From NCBI GenBank assembly GCA_046563655.1, contig CM102290.1, positions 13,888,001-13,952,000 on the forward strand: 64,000 nucleotides of DNA. The letters run 5' to 3'. The notes below the pieces were generated by a model. The model worked only from the letters and a program-made list of their open reading frames with translations. It was not told where the DNA came from and did no database searches. A program made the translations under genes and the position numbers. The DNA is from Yuukianura sp. NJ FZ-2021. Taxonomy: Eukaryota. Positions 60,331-64,000 of the stretch are shown here, in pieces (within the stretch, counting starts at the first letter, position 1; every line of letters starts with the position of its first letter).

Positions 60331-62946
60331 ATAACTAGTGACTGAGATTACCTTAGGACCAGAGAAATTTTGGTAACAAATGGGCAACGTGAAATCTAAA
60401 AAAAAACTTTTTCAAAAAAGTGTATGATGATTTATTTAAAAGTTTGTTTAAAAAAAAAAGTATTGGGGTAAGGAAAAATGTTTCACATATTTTGGTAATC
60501 GGTTGAGTTGAAACTTTTGTAGCTGAATCAAACCTTTCTTTTTGGAAATAGAAGGGCACAAAACTGGAATTGAAAGGTTTGGTTGTGTAAACATGAAGTA
60601 TATTCTTAAATAAAATAAAATATAAAAAAAAAAGAGGAAAGTTGCAGTAGTATCGGCAGCAGACAGCCTGAGCAAGCAGCCCAGCGTTTGTTGAGCGCCT
60701 CTTAAGCTTCCTTTTCTAAAATTCAATTTTCAGACTTGCTCTCGCATCATTTCCTCGCCATTTCGCTTCAAGGAGCAGAAAGAACGGATTTCACACAGGC
60801 AAAAAAGCACTTTCTCTTTCACCGAACTTCATACTGACGAGGCTGTGTTGGAATGGCGACAGCAGAAGCTTAGCATTTATTGCAGTCTACTCGTATTTGT
60901 TCATCCTAATTCTCAAATCACAAACAGAACCAGACGTTTTTAAAAAAAAATACGATAGTTTCAGGAAAAACCATGCCTTGGTTTCTGGAATTTCAAAAAT
61001 CTTAGCGGAAAGTATGACAGTGCATCAAATTTCTTGTGAAAATTCAACTTTCTTGTAAAAACTAGGATTTCTTCCGATTCCACTTAAAATTACTTCTGGA
61101 TTTTGAAAAAAAAAAAAAATTCCGGAACAGGAACAGGAAAAAAATTCGCTAACATGTCGTTCTACTAAAGTTTTGCAACTACAGTAGAACCTCTCATTTT
61201 GCAACTTTTAGCTCCGCCTCCCTTGATTGATACGGTATACCGTAAAACAAAACGTTTTGGTTCAACAATTCAATCTTTGTGTTCAAATTTGAATCTTTAC
61301 GGCAGCCGCCAAAAACCTGATTCAAACGAACCAATGAAGGCGTGTTGCACAATGAGAGGTTCTACTGTACTACTCATTTCATTATGAATGAAGTTCCATT
61401 CCATTGGATATAATGAGAACAGAGCTTGGCAGATAGGAATTTTTTTTTTTTTTTTTGAAAAATTTTCTTAGAAATTCTGTTTTTCGAAAAGCGGCGGTGA
61501 AAGAGCGGGGAGAGTTGTACGATTGAAAGAAAGTGTGCAGATCTCCTTTCTCCGATTTTATGACTCTGGCTACTCTGCGCTCCCGTGGTGGTTTCCTTGT
61601 GTCCAAAATCCAACAGCCACGATATCCCATTACTCTGTAACCATCTGGAAACTGAGAAATCGTTTTATGTCAAAAGAAAGCGAAGCTCCGTAATGTTTGA
61701 ACATGGTAAACTGCTTCCTAAAAAAATATTTCCCAGCACACACCTTCTACTACCTCCAGTACTTCTGGTTTTTTAGCTTTTCCAGGAAAAGTCGCAAGAA
61801 TCCCTTTCAAAAATATTAGTATTTGATTCCTGGACGCAACTTTTCATGCTTTTACACAAACTCAATGGACAGTGAGGGAGAAAGCAACGGAAAAGAAAAA
61901 TTGGAGAAAAAAAACTGTTTTGCCATTTTGAAACAGAAATGCCAAAGGTTCTTTCAACACACTTTTCTAAATGAAACAAAAATATAAAAAAAATATATAT
62001 TGTACATAAATGTTAGGATATAATATAATATATTATAGAACAGAAACAGTATATTGTTGAATTACAGCTTTCGTCGTAATTCTAAATTCGTTATAATTCA
62101 AATTTCGTTGCAATTCAGCTTTAGCTGTAATTCAACTTTCGTTGTAATTGGTTTCGGGGAAATTCGTTTCATTGTAATACATTCGGAGAAATTCGCTTAA
62201 TTGTAATTCATTCAATGAAATGGCTTGCTCACAAAAAACAGGCTGAAAAACTGGTTCCAGGTCATTTGCTCGAAAACAATAAGCGTGAATTCCACAAGTT
62301 GGCAGGCGGTTGTTACCAGTTTGCAGAATTCGCGTTTTTTGTTTTCGCGTTAATCACCTGTGGCGGAAAATATTTGAAAACAGTTTTTCACGTTATTTTG
62401 TTGAACATTTTTCAGATAATTTTTTATTTTTTAGATAATTGTTTGAACGTTTTACAACAAATTGGAGAAGTCTTAAGAATTTCGATTGAAATCGGAATTA
62501 CTTTTCCTTTTTGGCGCCATTCTGCTTTCATTCAAACGGAGAAAGAGAGAAAGTTTCGCTCTTTTTCTCCTCCACATCTCAGCTTTCAAGCATCCAGAAT
62601 CGCCGTTGTATTGGCAGGCTGCGGTGTTTGAAAATCCAACGAAATGGATATACGTCAATTGATTGTCATTACTGACGCAATTTGTGGGTACAACAATACT
62701 TTATTCCAATTACTAATTAGAATACTCCACTGCCATTAGCCCTCTCAGTACTGCCACATATTGCCAGTCACGGTCATTTTTGAGATTCACTGTCACCGGT
62801 TTGCTAATCTTGGACTAACGTAAGTAAATCCTGTCTAAACGATTAGAATTTTGGAACAACGAAGCTTTTGATTTGAAAATCATATGGTCAAGAATATAAC
62901 ATCGACATGTCCTATTTTATTCCAGATTGAACCAAATTAGGATAAA

Positions 62947-64000
62947 ATGGACGTCATTCCTACACGACCTGCTAACAATGCAGCTGGAACTCCGAAAGTC
63001 GACTACTGCTTTGACCTGAAACTTGGAGAATCGAACGTTGAGACGTACCCGGAGTTTTCCTGGAAGGAATTGGTCAAAGAAGCACAAGCACAAAAATTGT
63101 CTGCAGCATCAGCCGAAGGTGAGATTATTATCTAGCAGTAAGGTTTTGTTGATCGTCGTGACTTAACATCATTAACCAATTTTAAATATAAACGTAGGTA
63201 AGAATACTTTGGACCCATATGCTTCGGATGACGAAGATGATCTGAGAGCTTTAGCTGCGAAATTCGAGAAAAAGTATAACAACGATGGGGGAACTGGGAA
63301 AGGGAAAAGACGGAAACGTAAAGCAGAGGATTACATCGATCGTGGTGCAGGGTACGACGAAACAGACTCGTTCATTGATAACAGCGAAGTTTACGATGAA
63401 TTAGTGCCAGAAGATATGCAACCGGTACATGGAGGCTTTTACATCAATTCTGGAAGGCTTGATTTCAAGGATGCGGATGTTTCTGACTGTGACGTCGATG
63501 AAGAAATTGAGGAACAACTTTTGACATCGGGCAGAAAGTTTTCAAAATCAGTAGTCAAAAAGGGGCTTCCACAAGCTAAGACTAACAAGAAGAAACGAGC
63601 GAGTGATAAAGGTAAGATCACGAGCAATGAATTTGCATATGGAAATTGTGTATAGTTCTAGCTGTGATTAATTTTTGGTTTAAATCAGATGAAGGTGGGA
63701 AATCGGGAAGAGGTAACGGATCTATCGCTAGTAAGAAGGCATCGGAGAGTCCCAAGCGATCTGCAAGTAGTAGTCCAGTCCGGTCATCTGGAAAAACCAA
63801 AACGATTACGATCTCATCCGACTCATCATCATCTGATTCTTCTGGATCCTCCTCATCTTCTTCCAGTGACTCAGAAAAAGACGGCGATAGCTCTGCAACT
63901 CCTCGAGGTTCAGCTACTACCGGAAACGCTTCTACTGCAGTTTCCACTGAAAAACTTCCCGTGCCTTCAAACAACCAATTACCACGAAGACTGAAAGTCA
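62947..64000 (+). CDS. UBN1: Ubinuclein/yemanuclein family protein (HIRA histone H3.3 chaperone complex subunit), 5' part; exons 62947-63118, 63198-63611 and 63689-beyond the window
   Basis: YPEFSWKELV and ALAAKFEKKY motifs plus the HUN/HRD signature DYIDRGAGYDETDSFIDNSEVYDELVP...GGFYINSGRLDFK. Introns are phase-1 GT-AG. A probable 5'UTR intron lies at 62820-62925. Confidence 0.92.

Overview
Intron-rich animal genomic DNA, AT-rich. Gene content suggests a protostome, probably an ecdysozoan, but the exact taxon cannot be determined from the sequence. The window is dominated by a complete slit gene on the minus strand, reconstructed by hand as 33 phase-compatible GT-AG coding exons from 58735 to 7242 (about 1455 aa: signal peptide, 4 LRR domains, 6 EGF, laminin-G, 1 EGF, cystine knot). 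To its left are the first two coding exons of a neuralized-family E3 ligase (minus strand) and an unrecognised 3-exon orphan gene (+, 3841-6227, about 720 aa) with a modular GQNSST/GPWP repeat tail. To its right, head-to-head with slit, are the 5' exons of a ubinuclein/yemanuclein (HIRA complex) gene. Introns hold many non-autonomous elements: several hAT-like MITE families with 8-bp TSDs, pogo/Tc1-like MITEs with TA flanks, DINE-1/HINE-like elements and tRNA-derived SINE-like units. The most unusual observations are a phased six-copy array of AGGTCAnTGACCT (IR1, EcRE-type) palindromes filling an intron of the orphan gene, the orphan protein itself, a MITE family that appears to target CTTATAAG, and the slit-neuralized adjacency. 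All coordinates were counted manually and no database searches were run.
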